Source: Neovahlkampfia damariscottae
Taxonomy: Eukaryota
Length of the DNA stretch: 64,000 nt
NCBI GenBank assembly: GCA_016618085.1
Contig: JABLTG010000013.1
Span: 62,001 to 126,000 of the forward strand
Direction: 5' to 3'
Under the pieces are notes generated by a model. The model ran no database searches. It saw only the letters and a program-made list of their open reading frames with translations, and had not been told where the DNA came from. The translations under genes and the position numbers were made by a program. Of this stretch, positions 13,173-24,706 are shown piece by piece. The stretch's first letter is position 1. Each line of letters starts with the position of its first letter.

Positions 13173-13434
13173 GTTTCTTGATTGAATTACTTGACGTGTA
13201 TCTGTAAGCCACGAATTATAAGTTTTGTTTTTGTGTTCAAGTTGAAAAAACCATGAGCTTTTATTGTGAATATTCTACGAAATGATTGGTCGGAATTCTA
13301 AAAATAAAACATGCATTTCAAAATTGAGATATCAATTTCATTAGTAGCCCTCTTGAGCTTTGATTCGTTATTTTCATTAATTCCAAAACACACCAGAGTT
13401 TATCATTCAATAATTTGATTGGCTAATTAGTTAG

Positions 13435-15112
13435 ATGAACTTCAGGTTTTGGTGGTTTGTTTGTCTGTTTGTATTTGTTTGTGGACAAGTCCGTGTGAAT
13501 TGGGTGAAATGTCCTGAAATACATTATCAAAATATAAAAAATCAGTTATATCGCTCTGTAAGCTGTTAAAGTATTTTTAAATTCTCTAAAAAGAAGTTAG
13601 ATTGTTCATTCACATCAGTTCCTTCAAACTGGGAAAATCCAAATGGAAAGAATTTCACATTTTTTCTGAGAAGATTAAAAGCGGAAAAAAATAGAAAAGG
13701 ACAAGTACACAATACAAATACTAAAAAATGATAGTTTTGGATTAATGACGGAGGTCCAGGAGGGTCAGCAGATTGGAACCGTTTTGGTGAAGCTTCACTC
13801 CTTATGTATGAAAAATTCAACAGAGAAATGGATATTATTATTCCTTCACATCGAGGAACAGGATACAGTTCACCCCTTGGTTGTCCTCAAGAAAAAGACC
13901 CAAAATGGAAAGATGAAATGGAAAATCCTGGAACACTACTCCAAGAATGTAAAAATTATGTGTCAAACAAATATGGAAAATTGTTGGAATTTTATAATCC
14001 AACTCAAGCAGCAAGGGATATTTACAATGTTGCTGAATCATTGAGAATAAATGCAAATGAAAAAATAGCAATTTTTGGAGTTAGTTATGGAGCGTTTCTC
14101 ATGAATAGATACATGACAATTTATCCTGATAGCAATCATTTGATCATTTTAGATGGAAGTATGTGAAAAGAATTGTTTGACTTTTTTGATAGTTGCAAGC
14201 CCTCAAATTCTAGAGTTTGTGAAATATGATGTGAATGCGAATAGAGTTGGTGGCTTTCAAATGAAACTTTGCACACATGATTCATTTTGTTCTTCAAAAT
14301 TGAAAAATCCAATAGAAGAGTTGAAAGAAATATTCAAACAGTTTAATAATCAAAATAGTTGTTCTGAATTTTTTAAGTGAGAATTTGTTATATTAATAAA
14401 AAATAGCAATATTTCAAAAGAAAGGTTCAAACTGGTTCTATTTCAATTCATTTCTGCTCAACCTGGTGGATGGATGTTTCTCATTCCTCCTTTAATTTTA
14501 AGAATCAAGAGATGCAATAGTTTTGATAAAATTATCATAAAGCAATTCTTAAAAGCTACTGATAAACTACAGAAATTAAACCATGAATATCTCCCTTATT
14601 CCCAGTTGACTGAAATTCAAATTGGACTTTCTGAATTTTTGTATAATTCAACCTTACCTCCATTGAAAGAAGTCAAAAGAAATGAAGAGGAGTTACTATT
14701 TTCTACAAGACTTTCAATAAGATATCGAGTTTTAAAAGATGTTTGGTTCTCAACAAAAACTGATGAATTTTATCAAAAATTTGCAAACACAAAACAACCA
14801 TTTTTATTGTTACATGGTGTTTTGGATCCACAAACACCTTATTCACATGCTCCTTATTACTTCAGAAAAGTTAAGAAATCTCCATTTCAATACTTTGTTA
14901 CATTTCCAACTTTTGTGCATGTTGTGCTTCGTCATTTTGAAGGAAACTGTTCTCAAAGAATCATGGTTGATTTTGTCAGAGATCCAAAAACACAACCTGA
15001 TCTTTCATGTGTTAAAAAATTGTCAAAAATTGATTGGAAAGGTGAGAGAAAAGAAACAAAAGAAATTTCAAAGAGAATCTTCTCTATTGATGATCTTTGG
15101 GCAGGATTGTGA
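13435..15112 (+). CDS. Secreted alpha/beta hydrolase, TAP-like peptidase type (multi-exon)
   Basis: Signal-like N-terminus, WVKC, GGPGGS, HRGTGYSSPLGC, nucleophile GVSYG, LLLHGVLDPQTP, C-terminal His. Confidence 0.8.
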
Positions 15113-15230
15113 TTTTCAATGAATTTTATTATGTTTCAATTTCTCTAAAACTCTTTTTTGATAAAATCCACAAAAATCATCGACAAAATGATTGGACAAT
15201 TTTTGTAACGGTGAAGAAAAATTTGTAGTC

Positions 15231-16004
15231 ATGTCTGTTGTTTCAAAAATTTACTCTTTCATCACCAGCACGATGTACGTCATCGTTTTAATATTACTTG
15301 TTGGTTTTCTCGGAAATAAAGTTTATTCAGCGCAAGAAGGTAGAACCATTCAAGCACCTGGTCAATTTATAGAAATACAAGACACTAAATATCACATTTT
15401 ATGTGATGGACCAAAAACAGAAAAAGAAACAATTATTCTTGAACCAGATCATTTTGGCTGTTATGTTAATGTTTTACCAGCTTTTCATGCTCTCAAAAAA
15501 ACAAAAAGAGTTTGTGTTTATGACAGATTTAATAAGGGTTTCACTACCACTACAAACAAAACTTATTCTTTAAATCAAGAATTAAAGAATTTAAAAACTT
15601 TACTCGAAAAAACAGAAGAAGTTCAAAGATTTATTTTTGTTGGAGAAGGATTCGGTTTAAAATATGCACAAAAATTTGCACGCAACAACAAAAATTTGGT
15701 TGTTTCAGTATTGGGATCAAAATCAAGTGTAGAAGAAGAAAAAATTTCACAAAAACTTCATATTGGTTTATTTGGCTCAATGATTGGAGCATTTCGCGTA
15801 GGTGAATTAAATAAGCTTGTTATTCCAAATATTCAAAAATTACACGATAAAAAAGAAGTTGAAATCGCTCAACATTTTTTGAACAAACAAACAAATTGGG
15901 ACCAAGCAATTAGAGAATTTCAAGTAAATTTAACTTACACAAAAGATACAACATTTTTAAATGATTTTCAAACAAAAACAATTTTATCTGCGTTAAAAAA
16001 ATAA
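15231..16004 (+). CDS. Membrane-anchored alpha/beta-hydrolase-fold protein, nucleophile apparently lost
   Basis: TM segment, APGQFIEI..HILCDG, RVCVYDR; VGEGFG replaces the usual VGHSxG. Confidence 0.65.
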   Translation: MSVVSKIYSFITSTMYVIVLILLVGFLGNKVYSAQEGRTIQAPGQFIEIQDTKYHILCDGPKTEKETIILEPDHFGCYVNVLPAFHALKKTKRVCVYDRFNKGFTTTTNKTYSLNQELKNLKTLLEKTEEVQRFIFVGEGFGLKYAQKFARNNKNLVVSVLGSKSSVEEEKISQKLHIGLFGSMIGAFRVGELNKLVIPNIQKLHDKKEVEIAQHFLNKQTNWDQAIREFQVNLTYTKDTTFLNDFQTKTILSALKK

Positions 16005-16049
16005 ACCAATAAAATTTTGCCACATCATCACTTTATTCACCAATCATAA

Positions 16050-16777
16050 ATGTTTAAATCACGTAAACTCAGAGAGAAACAACAACTAATTTTTTAAAAG
16101 TTTCAAAAAAAATCGTTGCTCCTATTGTTCTCGGAACTTTAACAACTTCAGTTGGTTATTACCAATTCAAAAAAATGGAACAAGAAAATTCTTTCAACAC
16201 AGTTTTTGCTGAATCAAAAGGTAAATATTAAGAATTTTTCTAAAAGTTATAAGTTCCAATGGTAGGAATTCCAGGTACAAAACATGAAAGAACATTCATG
16301 ATGGTCAAACCAGATGGTGTTCAAAGACAACTCACAGGTGAAATTATCAAAAGAATGGAAACAAAAGGATATAAACTTGTTGCAATCAAAATGGTTGACC
16401 CTGATGAAAAATTAGTCAGAGCACATTATGCTGATTTAAGTGAAAGACCATTTTTCAACGGTTTAATTAAATACTTTTCAACTTCAGGACCTGTTGTTGC
16501 TATGGTTTGGGAAGGAGCTGAAGTTATCAAATACTCAAGGTACTCGGAAATTTTTTTTTTATTTTTTTTTTTCTTTAGAATGATGATTGGAAAAACTGAT
16601 CCACTTCAATCAGCTCCAGGTACTATCAGAGGAGACCTTGCAGTAAATGTTGGAAGAAACGTAATTCATGGTTCAGATGGTGTAGAAGGTGCAACTTCTG
16701 AAATTCCTTTATGGTTCAAAGATTCAGAAGTTCAATCATGGACTCCTGCAACTGAAAAATGGGCTTATGAAAAATAA
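16050..16777 (+). CDS. ndk: Nucleoside diphosphate kinase with N-terminal targeting extension
   Basis: [40 protein letters not shown]; upstream exons from ATG 16050 add a presequence-like leader. Confidence 0.95.
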
Positions 16778-16815
16778 ACAAGTTTTTCTTTTTGGGTATA
16801 AAAAGATGTGAAATT

Positions 16816-18086
16816 TTATTTGAGACCAATGTAACTATTTGATGAAGAAATGTCGTTAAATCTTTTACCAATACTGTAATTTTGTTTTGGAACTTCTACT
16901 GTTGCGTTTTCAGTTTCGTCTTGTTCGTCCAAGTTTTTTTTTTCTGATGTTTTGCAACAGGAACAACTTGTAAACCATCCATTTACAATTGCATAAACTA
17001 GTGCATCTAAAAATCCACGAAGTGGAAATAGCAATTTGTGTATTGAATCAAAAACAAATCCTACAGGACCCATACAAAAATCGATATTAACACTTTGAGA
17101 ATGAAGAGCAGTAGCAATCAAATTTATGTCTGTATAAGTTCTTCTTAAAATTAATCCAGTCAGAGTTATTGTAAATGGTAAAGTGTACAAAATCATAATT
17201 AAAACAATCTGTGTGAAAATTTTAACACAACAATTTTTTTTTCTTACTTTTAGTTTTTCATTAGTGACATCTGAAATGTCTTTGAAGATAGAAAAGGTTT
17301 TAACAACTATCATAATTCTCATAATATTTGTTAAGGTTTCAACGACTAAATATGAAATACTGTGATAAATTGTAGTTGCCAAAGTTCCAAAAAAGAATTC
17401 TTGTTGATTTACAGCAAAAACTCTGAAATGAAAAATTAAAAAACATGAATAAATTACTGGAATCTTAATGCTAAAATGCTAGATAGAACCCAACTAACCA
17501 AAGGTAAACCAAGAGCTCCGATGAGAAAGGAAATTCTCCAAAACCAAGGACTTTTGATTCTATTTTTACTTTTGATGCTTTTCAAACTTAAATATATACT
17601 TAGTGTAATAAAAAAACTCCAAATACCAAGTGACAATACCAAACTCTCAGTCAACTCCGCTAGAAATACTATCAATTTTTTTTTTTTTTTTTTACAGTCT
17701 AATTGTAAAAGTGTATAGCTGATTGAATATTTTTCATTAAAATTAGGAACAAAAATTTGAATTAGTACCAAAGGTAAATATGAAATTGCTTGAAGCAAAT
17801 CAAAAAAAATCAAAAATTTGATTGAATGTCTTGCCAGTTTTGTAAAGTATTTATGTTCAAGTAAATTTTTTTGTTTTTTTTGTTTTTTTTGTTTTGTGAG
17901 TGAGGTAGTTTCTTCATGGATTTTTTTTTTGAAACATTTTTTTCTAATGTATTTTACAAGCATCATTATCAAAACAAAAAATGAAGCAAAGATTGAGAGA
18001 CAGATTAAGAAAACAGAAATGATTAATAGTATCCGTATTTCGTTTTTATAATCCCAAGGGCATCGTTTACCGTCTTCCAACATCAT
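16816..18086 (-). CDS. Seven-transmembrane GPCR-like protein (cAMP-receptor-like)
   Basis: Multiple TM helices over two ORFs; FLIFFDLLQAISY, LFPLRGFLDALVY. Confidence 0.6.
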
Positions 18087-18246
18087 TTTTGTTGAAGATC
18101 AAACAATCCAATCAAACTGCTTGAAAAATAAAGATTCAGTAAACACTGAAATTCTTTTGAATTTTTAAATAATAAACCTATTCTTCATCAAAAGTTTTAA
18201 CCAATAGCTTTTAATTTTGGTTCAATCAAAACAAAACAACAAAACA

Positions 18247-19371
18247 ATGGGTAAAGACAGAAAATGGTCGACAAAAAAAATATGGAACAATCTTGGAAAG
18301 AGTAGATTAAATTTTTACTGTCCTATGTGTCAAAAACAATGTCGTGATGCACAAGGTTTCAAATCACATTGTGAATCAGATGCTCACAACCACCAAATGC
18401 AACTTTTTTCAGAAAATGAAGAAATGTACATTGAACAATTCTCAAAAGACTTCATCAAAGAATTCATGGATTCACTCAAAAGAAGATACAAAACTTCAAA
18501 AGTACTGGCAAATGATGTTTATCAACAATACATCAATGAAACTCATCATGTTCATCTTTCGTCAACCAAATGGGTAAATTTAGATGAGTTTGTTTCATAT
18601 CTTGGAAAAGAAAGTATTTGTAAAGTTGAAGAATCACCAAAAGGTTTAGTTGTTCAATATGTGGATATTGATGATTCAAAAATAAAAAAAATGGAACAAG
18701 AAAAAGAGCGTGAACAATTAAAACTAAATGATGAAGAAAGACTTTTAAGAACATTAGAAAAGCAAGTTGAAGCCGCTAAAAAGTTAGAAAAAACACAAGA
18801 AAAGTCAGATATTCAACTAGGAGATTTAAAAAATGAAAATGAATTTCCAGTGAAACTTGATTTGAATTTCAAACAGCAAGAAGAAACAAAAGAAGAAAAA
18901 TTATCAAATTTATTCAGTGAGACTGAAAAAAAATCAAATAAACGAAAAAGAGAAACAGAAAATAAAAAAATATCGAATTTAACATCGATCATACAAGAAG
19001 AAGAAAAAAGAAAAGAAAAAAGAAATAGAAGAGATTATTGGTTACATGAGGGTATAATTGTTAAAATCATGTCAAAAATTGAATCAAAAAAATATTATAA
19101 AAAAAAAGGTAAAGTATTGAAAGTGATTGATAATTATGTTGGTGAAATTGAAATGTCAGATTCAAAAGATGTTTTGAGAATAGATCAATCTGATTTAGAG
19201 ACTGTTATTCCAAAAATTGGAAATGAAGTCATGATTGTCAATGGAGCTTATCGAGAAGAAATTTGCACTTTGGAGTCTATAGATGTCGATAATTTCTGTG
19301 CAAATTTGAAGAGTAAATTGTTGAATCAAATGATTAAAAGAGTCCCATATGAAGATTTTTCAAAGATTTAA
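18247..19371 (+). CDS. KIN17: DNA/RNA-binding protein KIN17
   Basis: FYCPMCQKQCRDAQGFKSHCESDAH zinc finger, HVHLSSTKW, C-terminal KOW region LETVIP..VMIVNGAYR. Confidence 0.93.
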   Translation: MGKDRKWSTKKIWNNLGKSRLNFYCPMCQKQCRDAQGFKSHCESDAHNHQMQLFSENEEMYIEQFSKDFIKEFMDSLKRRYKTSKVLANDVYQQYINETHHVHLSSTKWVNLDEFVSYLGKESICKVEESPKGLVVQYVDIDDSKIKKMEQEKEREQLKLNDEERLLRTLEKQVEAAKKLEKTQEKSDIQLGDLKNENEFPVKLDLNFKQQEETKEEKLSNLFSETEKKSNKRKRETENKKISNLTSIIQEEEKRKEKRNRRDYWLHEGIIVKIMSKIESKKYYKKKGKVLKVIDNYVGEIEMSDSKDVLRIDQSDLETVIPKIGNEVMIVNGAYREEICTLESIDVDNFCANLKSKLLNQMIKRVPYEDFSKI

Positions 19372-19411
19372 CAGAATTACATTTTTATTTTTTTTCGTAA
19401 CTACTGCAACC

Positions 19412-20311
19412 TCAACATGACAAACAATCGGCTGTGAATACATCTGATAAAAAATCTGAAGAGGAATCAATTGTATTGTCAATTTCAATGTGATGATGTT
19501 CTAATAAATCACCTCTTACTCTTGATTGATGTGTAGAATTTTCTCCAAATCCACAAGAAAGACAACCCCCACAACCAACATTTGAATCTTTCTTTCTTGT
19601 CACATATTTTTCATTGAAGCGCTTTTCCCAGACATCTGATGTCTTTTGGTAATTTTTTTTCAATCTGGTTTCTTCAGCCTTTGTGTCATGGTTCAAGATA
19701 TTTCCGAACAAATTCATGCAATCTAAAACGTATTCTGTATGGTCAAGCATATGAGCATGCCAAATTAAATCGATATCAATTGTTGGCACTACTACTAATT
19801 TTGGGTTTTCCATTCTTAATTGAAGAAATTTTTTGTATCTGTCAATCGCTGATGCCATGAATGCAGCATCAATTTCCAAATTTAGTATCCTTTGATGAAA
19901 TCGAACTTGTTTTGAAACATCCACTTGAAATGATTCCATTGCATTTGTAATTTTCAATAAATTGTTGCTTGGGATAAGTTTTTGAGCATCTATGAATGTT
20001 TCATGTCTCAATGTTTCATACCAACTTGGAGGATTTTCAACTTGTTTTGTTTGTATGAATTTTTGAAAGATTTTTGGTTGTAGAATATGAGTAGCGTATA
20101 AAAATGACGCTTTTGTTGATATTTTCTCTTTTCTTTGGCTTTGTGGAGCTTTCAAAAACTTGAAATGATTTTGAATATCTAATGGAGAAATCATTTCGGA
20201 ATTTACCAAAGTTTTGGTGTTTTTAATGAAATTTATGTATTCCTTTGCTTTCTTTTGTGGATTAAAGTTTTGAAAGAGAACTTTCTTTGTCACTGTTGGA
20301 ACTTTCTTCAT
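19412..20311 (-). CDS. Glycine-rich-domain (DUF1399/GRDP-like) protein
   Basis: AIDRYKKFL, VPTIDIDLIWHAHML, ILNHD, TSDVWEKRFNEKY; Cys/Gly tail. Confidence 0.75.
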   Translation of the reverse strand: MKKVPTVTKKVLFQNFNPQKKAKEYINFIKNTKTLVNSEMISPLDIQNHFKFLKAPQSQRKEKISTKASFLYATHILQPKIFQKFIQTKQVENPPSWYETLRHETFIDAQKLIPSNNLLKITNAMESFQVDVSKQVRFHQRILNLEIDAAFMASAIDRYKKFLQLRMENPKLVVVPTIDIDLIWHAHMLDHTEYVLDCMNLFGNILNHDTKAEETRLKKNYQKTSDVWEKRFNEKYVTRKKDSNVGCGGCLSCGFGENSTHQSRVRGDLLEHHHIEIDNTIDSSSDFLSDVFTADCLSC

Positions 20312-20517
20312 CAACTGATGTATTCTAAAAACAATGGTCCAATCATATCATTTTGAAAAAACACACTTCGAAATTTGAATGGTGTGATTGATGAATTAAC
20401 CTCCATTCATCTTTTTAGAGGATGTGAACATAATTTCTGATCTATGTATATTTCTTATTTTAGTTTTTTTTTTCAAACAAAACACAAAACCCATTTTAAG
20501 AATTTTTTGATTTGAAA

Positions 20518-20757
20518 ATGAAAAAAGATTCAAATCATCTTGATTCAATCAAGAGAACAGGAAAATGGACAAAAAGAGAACATCAATTTTTCTTGCTTGG
20601 TTACAACATTTTTGGAAGAAAATGGAAACTAATTTCAGAACACTTTGTAAAAAGTAGAAATAGATTTCAAGTAGCTAGTCATGCTCAAAAATTCTTAAAT
20701 TCAAAAAAAAGTAGCTTAAAATTTCATCTCATTCCCCATAAAATCAAACGTGATTAA
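20518..20757 (+). CDS. Small Myb/SANT protein, SHAQKYF class
   Basis: GKWTKREHQFFLLG..FGRKWKLISEHFVKSRNRFQVASHAQKF. Confidence 0.8.
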   Translation: MKKDSNHLDSIKRTGKWTKREHQFFLLGYNIFGRKWKLISEHFVKSRNRFQVASHAQKFLNSKKSSLKFHLIPHKIKRD

Positions 20758-20807
20758 AAGTTCATTTTACCCTTGGTAGTTTGAATCACTTTCAGTTTTT
20801 CATTATC

Positions 20808-20926
20808 GCTTACGGCCATACTTAGGAGAATACACCGCATCCCGTCCGATTTGCGAAGTTAAGCTCCTACAGGCTCTCCTAGTACTAGGGTGGGAGACCA
20901 CCTGGGAACCGGGAGTGTTGTAAGCT
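20808..20926 (+). rRNA. 5S ribosomal RNA
   Basis: 119 nt; 5' GCTTACGGCCATAC pairs with 3' GTAAGC; conserved CATCCCGTCCGAT, GAAGTTAAGC, AGTACTAGGGTGGGAGACCACCTGGGAA. Confidence 0.95.
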
Positions 20927-20930
20927 TTTT
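20926..20930 (+). terminator. Pol III oligo-T terminator of the 5S gene
   Basis: TTTTT directly after GTAAGC. Confidence 0.7.
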
Positions 20931-21137
20931 AGAAATTATTTTTATCTGTTTGATCTATTTTTGATGACAACTAAATTCTCTAATTGGAATCAATATTCTC
21001 AAATTGAGTGAAACCCAGTCTGGGTATTTAGAAAGTGGAAATTTTTCTGAACCAATCACCTTCTTTTTCCCTAATTTGTGTATTCTTTTGTTCAATAAAC
21101 ATCAACCAAAACTCAAAAACAATACCAACCGACACCT

Positions 21138-22751
21138 ATGACTGAATTCAATTTAACACAATACGGAATAACAAAACCAAAGTACATTCTCAGAAATTTG
21201 ACAACAGATGAACTCTATGAAAACTCATTGAAACACGACATCAGAAAGACTTATAAATCAGCAACAGGAGCATTATTATGTTACTCAGGAGAAAAAACTG
21301 GACGCTCACCAAAAGATAAAAGAATTGTTGATGAAGAAACAACCTCAAACGATATTGGTAAGTATATAAAAAAAATTAAAAATAAAATTGTAGATTGGGG
21401 TAAAGTGAACATGAAACAATCAGAAAGTGATTATAAAAAACAAAAAAAACATGCTATTGAATGTTTAAATACCTTAGAAAGACTTTATGTTGTTGATGCT
21501 TACGCGGCTTGGGATAAGAAATATCAAAAAAGAATTAGAATCATTTGTACATCCGCATATCATGCTCTTTTTATGTCTAACATGTTAATCAAACCACCAA
21601 AAGAAGATTTAGAAAAATTTGAACCAGACTTTGTTCTCTTCAATGCAGGAATGTTTGATGCTTTGGAATTAGAAAAAACAAAAACATGCATTACTCTTAA
21701 TTTTAAAAGTAAAGAAGTAGTTGTTTTAGGGTCAGAATATGCTGGAGAAATGAAGAAAGGTATTTTCACAGTGATGAATTATTTGATGCCAAAAGTTGAT
21801 GTTTTATCACTTCATTCATCTTGTAATGTTGGAAAAGGAGGTGATGTTTGTTTATTCTTTGGTTTAAGTGGAACTGGAAAAACAACATTATCAGCTGATT
21901 CTTCACGTTTTCTTTTAGGTGATGATGAACATTGTTGGAGTGATACTTCAGTCTTCAATATTGAAGGTGGTTGTTATGCAAAATGTGATCATTTAAGCAG
22001 AGAACATGAACCTGAAATCTTTGATGCTGTCAAATATGGATCTGTTCAAGAGAATTGTGTCTTCAATAAAGATACATTTGAAGTTGATTATGATGATACT
22101 ACAATCACAGAAAATACAAGGGTTTCATATCCATTGGAATATATTTCAAATGCAATTGTTCCTGCAATTACAGAAGGACATCCCTCAAATTTTGTTTTGT
22201 TGACATGTGATTCATTTGGTGTTTTTCCACCTGTTGCTAAATTAACCATTGGACAAACAATGTATCATTTTATTTCTGGATACACAGCAAAAATTCCAGG
22301 AACTGAAGTTGGAATTCATGATCCAATTGCAACATTTTCTGCTTGCTTTGGTGCTCCATTTATGGTTTGGCATCCATCAAAATATGCAGGATTACTCAAA
22401 GATAAAATGAAAAAACATAACGTGAATGCATGGATTGTTAACACTGGATGGACAGGTGGAAAATATGGAGTTGGTAATAGAATTAAATTGAAATATACCC
22501 GAGCAATGATTAATGCAATCAATGATGGAAGTTTAGAAAAAGAAGAATTTGAAATTGGACCATTTGGTTTAGCGGTTCCAAAGAAGTGTAATGGAGTGCC
22601 AGATGATATTTTAATGCCAAAAAAAACTTGGCAAGATAAAAAATTGTATGACGAAACATTGACAAAAGTTGAAAAATTATTCGCTAAAAATTTTGAACAA
22701 TTTAAAGATAAATGTGAAGATGATGTATTAAAATCTGGTCCTCATTTGTAA
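21138..22751 (+). CDS. pckA: Phosphoenolpyruvate carboxykinase (ATP)
   Basis: TGRSPKDK, YAGEMKKG, FFGLSGTGKTTLSAD, GDDEHCW, NIEGGCYAK; includes one in-frame 36-nt intron near 21358-21393. Confidence 0.97.
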   Translation: MTEFNLTQYGITKPKYILRNLTTDELYENSLKHDIRKTYKSATGALLCYSGEKTGRSPKDKRIVDEETTSNDIGKYIKKIKNKIVDWGKVNMKQSESDYKKQKKHAIECLNTLERLYVVDAYAAWDKKYQKRIRIICTSAYHALFMSNMLIKPPKEDLEKFEPDFVLFNAGMFDALELEKTKTCITLNFKSKEVVVLGSEYAGEMKKGIFTVMNYLMPKVDVLSLHSSCNVGKGGDVCLFFGLSGTGKTTLSADSSRFLLGDDEHCWSDTSVFNIEGGCYAKCDHLSREHEPEIFDAVKYGSVQENCVFNKDTFEVDYDDTTITENTRVSYPLEYISNAIVPAITEGHPSNFVLLTCDSFGVFPPVAKLTIGQTMYHFISGYTAKIPGTEVGIHDPIATFSACFGAPFMVWHPSKYAGLLKDKMKKHNVNAWIVNTGWTGGKYGVGNRIKLKYTRAMINAINDGSLEKEEFEIGPFGLAVPKKCNGVPDDILMPKKTWQDKKLYDETLTKVEKLFAKNFEQFKDKCEDDVLKSGPHL

Positions 22752-22997
22752 TTAAATTTTTTGTTTTGACAAGAAAAAAAAGTTCATTTTTATTTTTAAA
22801 ATGGAACATTCCAATGTTTCAATTGTCCTCTATTTAATATAGTCCGACTTTTCAATTCCAAAAAAAGTCGCTAATTCAGAACAAAAATTTTTCCAAATCG
22901 AACTCCGGTTGGCTAAAAATAAATGACCCATCATTTTGATTGGTCAACAGTCTCATATATTTCTCATAACGAACACAAAACAACTTTGTCAGCAGCC

Positions 22998-24694
22998 ATG
23001 AAATCAAAATCATTCAGATTTTCAAGAAAGTCTACTCTAGGAAAACCTTTAGAAGATGACAAAAGACAAAAGTCATTTAACGATGTGTCAACAAACATTA
23101 CAAGAAAAGACTCATCTTTAAAAGATTTAACACCAAAATTCAGTTTCATGAAAAAAACATCAATGAAAGTTGATAAAACAAAATACATTTTATTATTTGA
23201 ATCCATTTATACAAATGATGAAGTTGGTGATGCTTTTCAAGACTACTTAAAAACGGAGTATCGATTTTCTTCTTTTTTAACCTTTTTTTTTTTTAGATAC
23301 AATGAAGAACCATTGAAGTTTCTTAGGGCTGTACTTGCTTTAAAAACATCAAAAGAAGAGTTCAAATATTCAATTGAACCTGTTAAAGCTATTATGAAAA
23401 ATTATATTGTTGACGGAGCTCCTTATGAAGTTAATATTTCTTTCAAAACAAAAGATAAACTTTTACAGCAATTTAAACCACAAGAAAACGAAGAAGAATG
23501 GATTTTAAAAGTTAGTCCTTATAAATTATTCAAAGTTGTTGCTAAAATCGTTCGTGAAGAATTGTTTCATGATAATTGGAAAAGATTCATTAGAACAGAT
23601 GTTGTTGAAAAAATCATTACAAAATATTATCATGATAAAACTGGTATGTGTTTGTTAAAACTATTGACAATCTTGTTTAGTTTGTACTTTAAAAATTGTT
23701 CAAGATTTTCCATTTGATGATGAACATTTTAGACATCCTTATGTAGAAGATAAGGATTTTGAATTTTCAAAAAGTTTAGTTCAGGATAATAGTGATTGGG
23801 AAGTAAGCCACAAAAAACTTTTTTTTCTAAACTTTTTCTTTGTTACAGCTCATAGGAACAAAAGTTGAAAACCAAGTGAATACTTTTTTTTCGTTGGTCA
23901 ATTATTTTCCGACAGTTTGTTATGCAAAAAAAGCAGTTTCCATTAAATATGAATGCGTATTACCTTATTCTTTAGATAGATGCTGTTTAGGTTATTTAAC
24001 AAATAAAAGTTTGAAAGCATCTGATCCAAATACAATGCATATCGAAACACATAAATATTTATCAAGAGAAGAAGTTTTAAAAGTCTATGAAGAAAAAGGA
24101 AAATTAAATAATGTCAAAAACTATGAAAGTGGATTAACTATCAATACAGCACATATAACATTTGGATTTCCATTTAATCCAAGAATTTATGAATACGGAG
24201 GTGGTTATCATTATGATCCGAAAGAAAGATTATTAGTAACTGTTTTAAAGTGTCATTTTGATCCATCAACAGATTCTTTACAAACTTATAGAACAGATGC
24301 TGTAACTAAAAAAAATGGCAAAAAAATTAAAAACACAAAATGTTATCCAATGTTTGAATACATGATTACAGTTTATCATGAAATTGATGATAAAAAAGTT
24401 TTATTCTCACAAGTTAATGTTTGTGATGCATCTGGTTGGACCAATGGAGAAACATTACCAAAATTATTAGCAAAAGCAAGAGGACTTGAATTACGAAATA
24501 CTTTACATAAAATGGCTTCTGAATTCCCAGAAGATACAAAAATTGAAGATTACAAAGATGAACTTTTGAAAGAGGTAGATGGACAACCATTCAATGGTCT
24601 TGGTAAACTTTTATGGGACACAAGAATTAATGAAAAAAAACAAAATGAATTGCAAAATCAACTTGATGAAATATTGTCAGAATCAAGTATGTAA
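22998..24694 (+). CDS. RGS-domain protein with C-terminal START/SRPBCC-like region (multi-exon)
   Basis: AFQDYLKTEYNEEPLKFL, YIVDGAPYEVNIS, DNWKRFIRT; the C-terminal QVNVCDASGW resembles the end of a START fold (weak). Confidence 0.65.
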
Positions 24695-24706
24695 ATAATA
24701 AAATTT

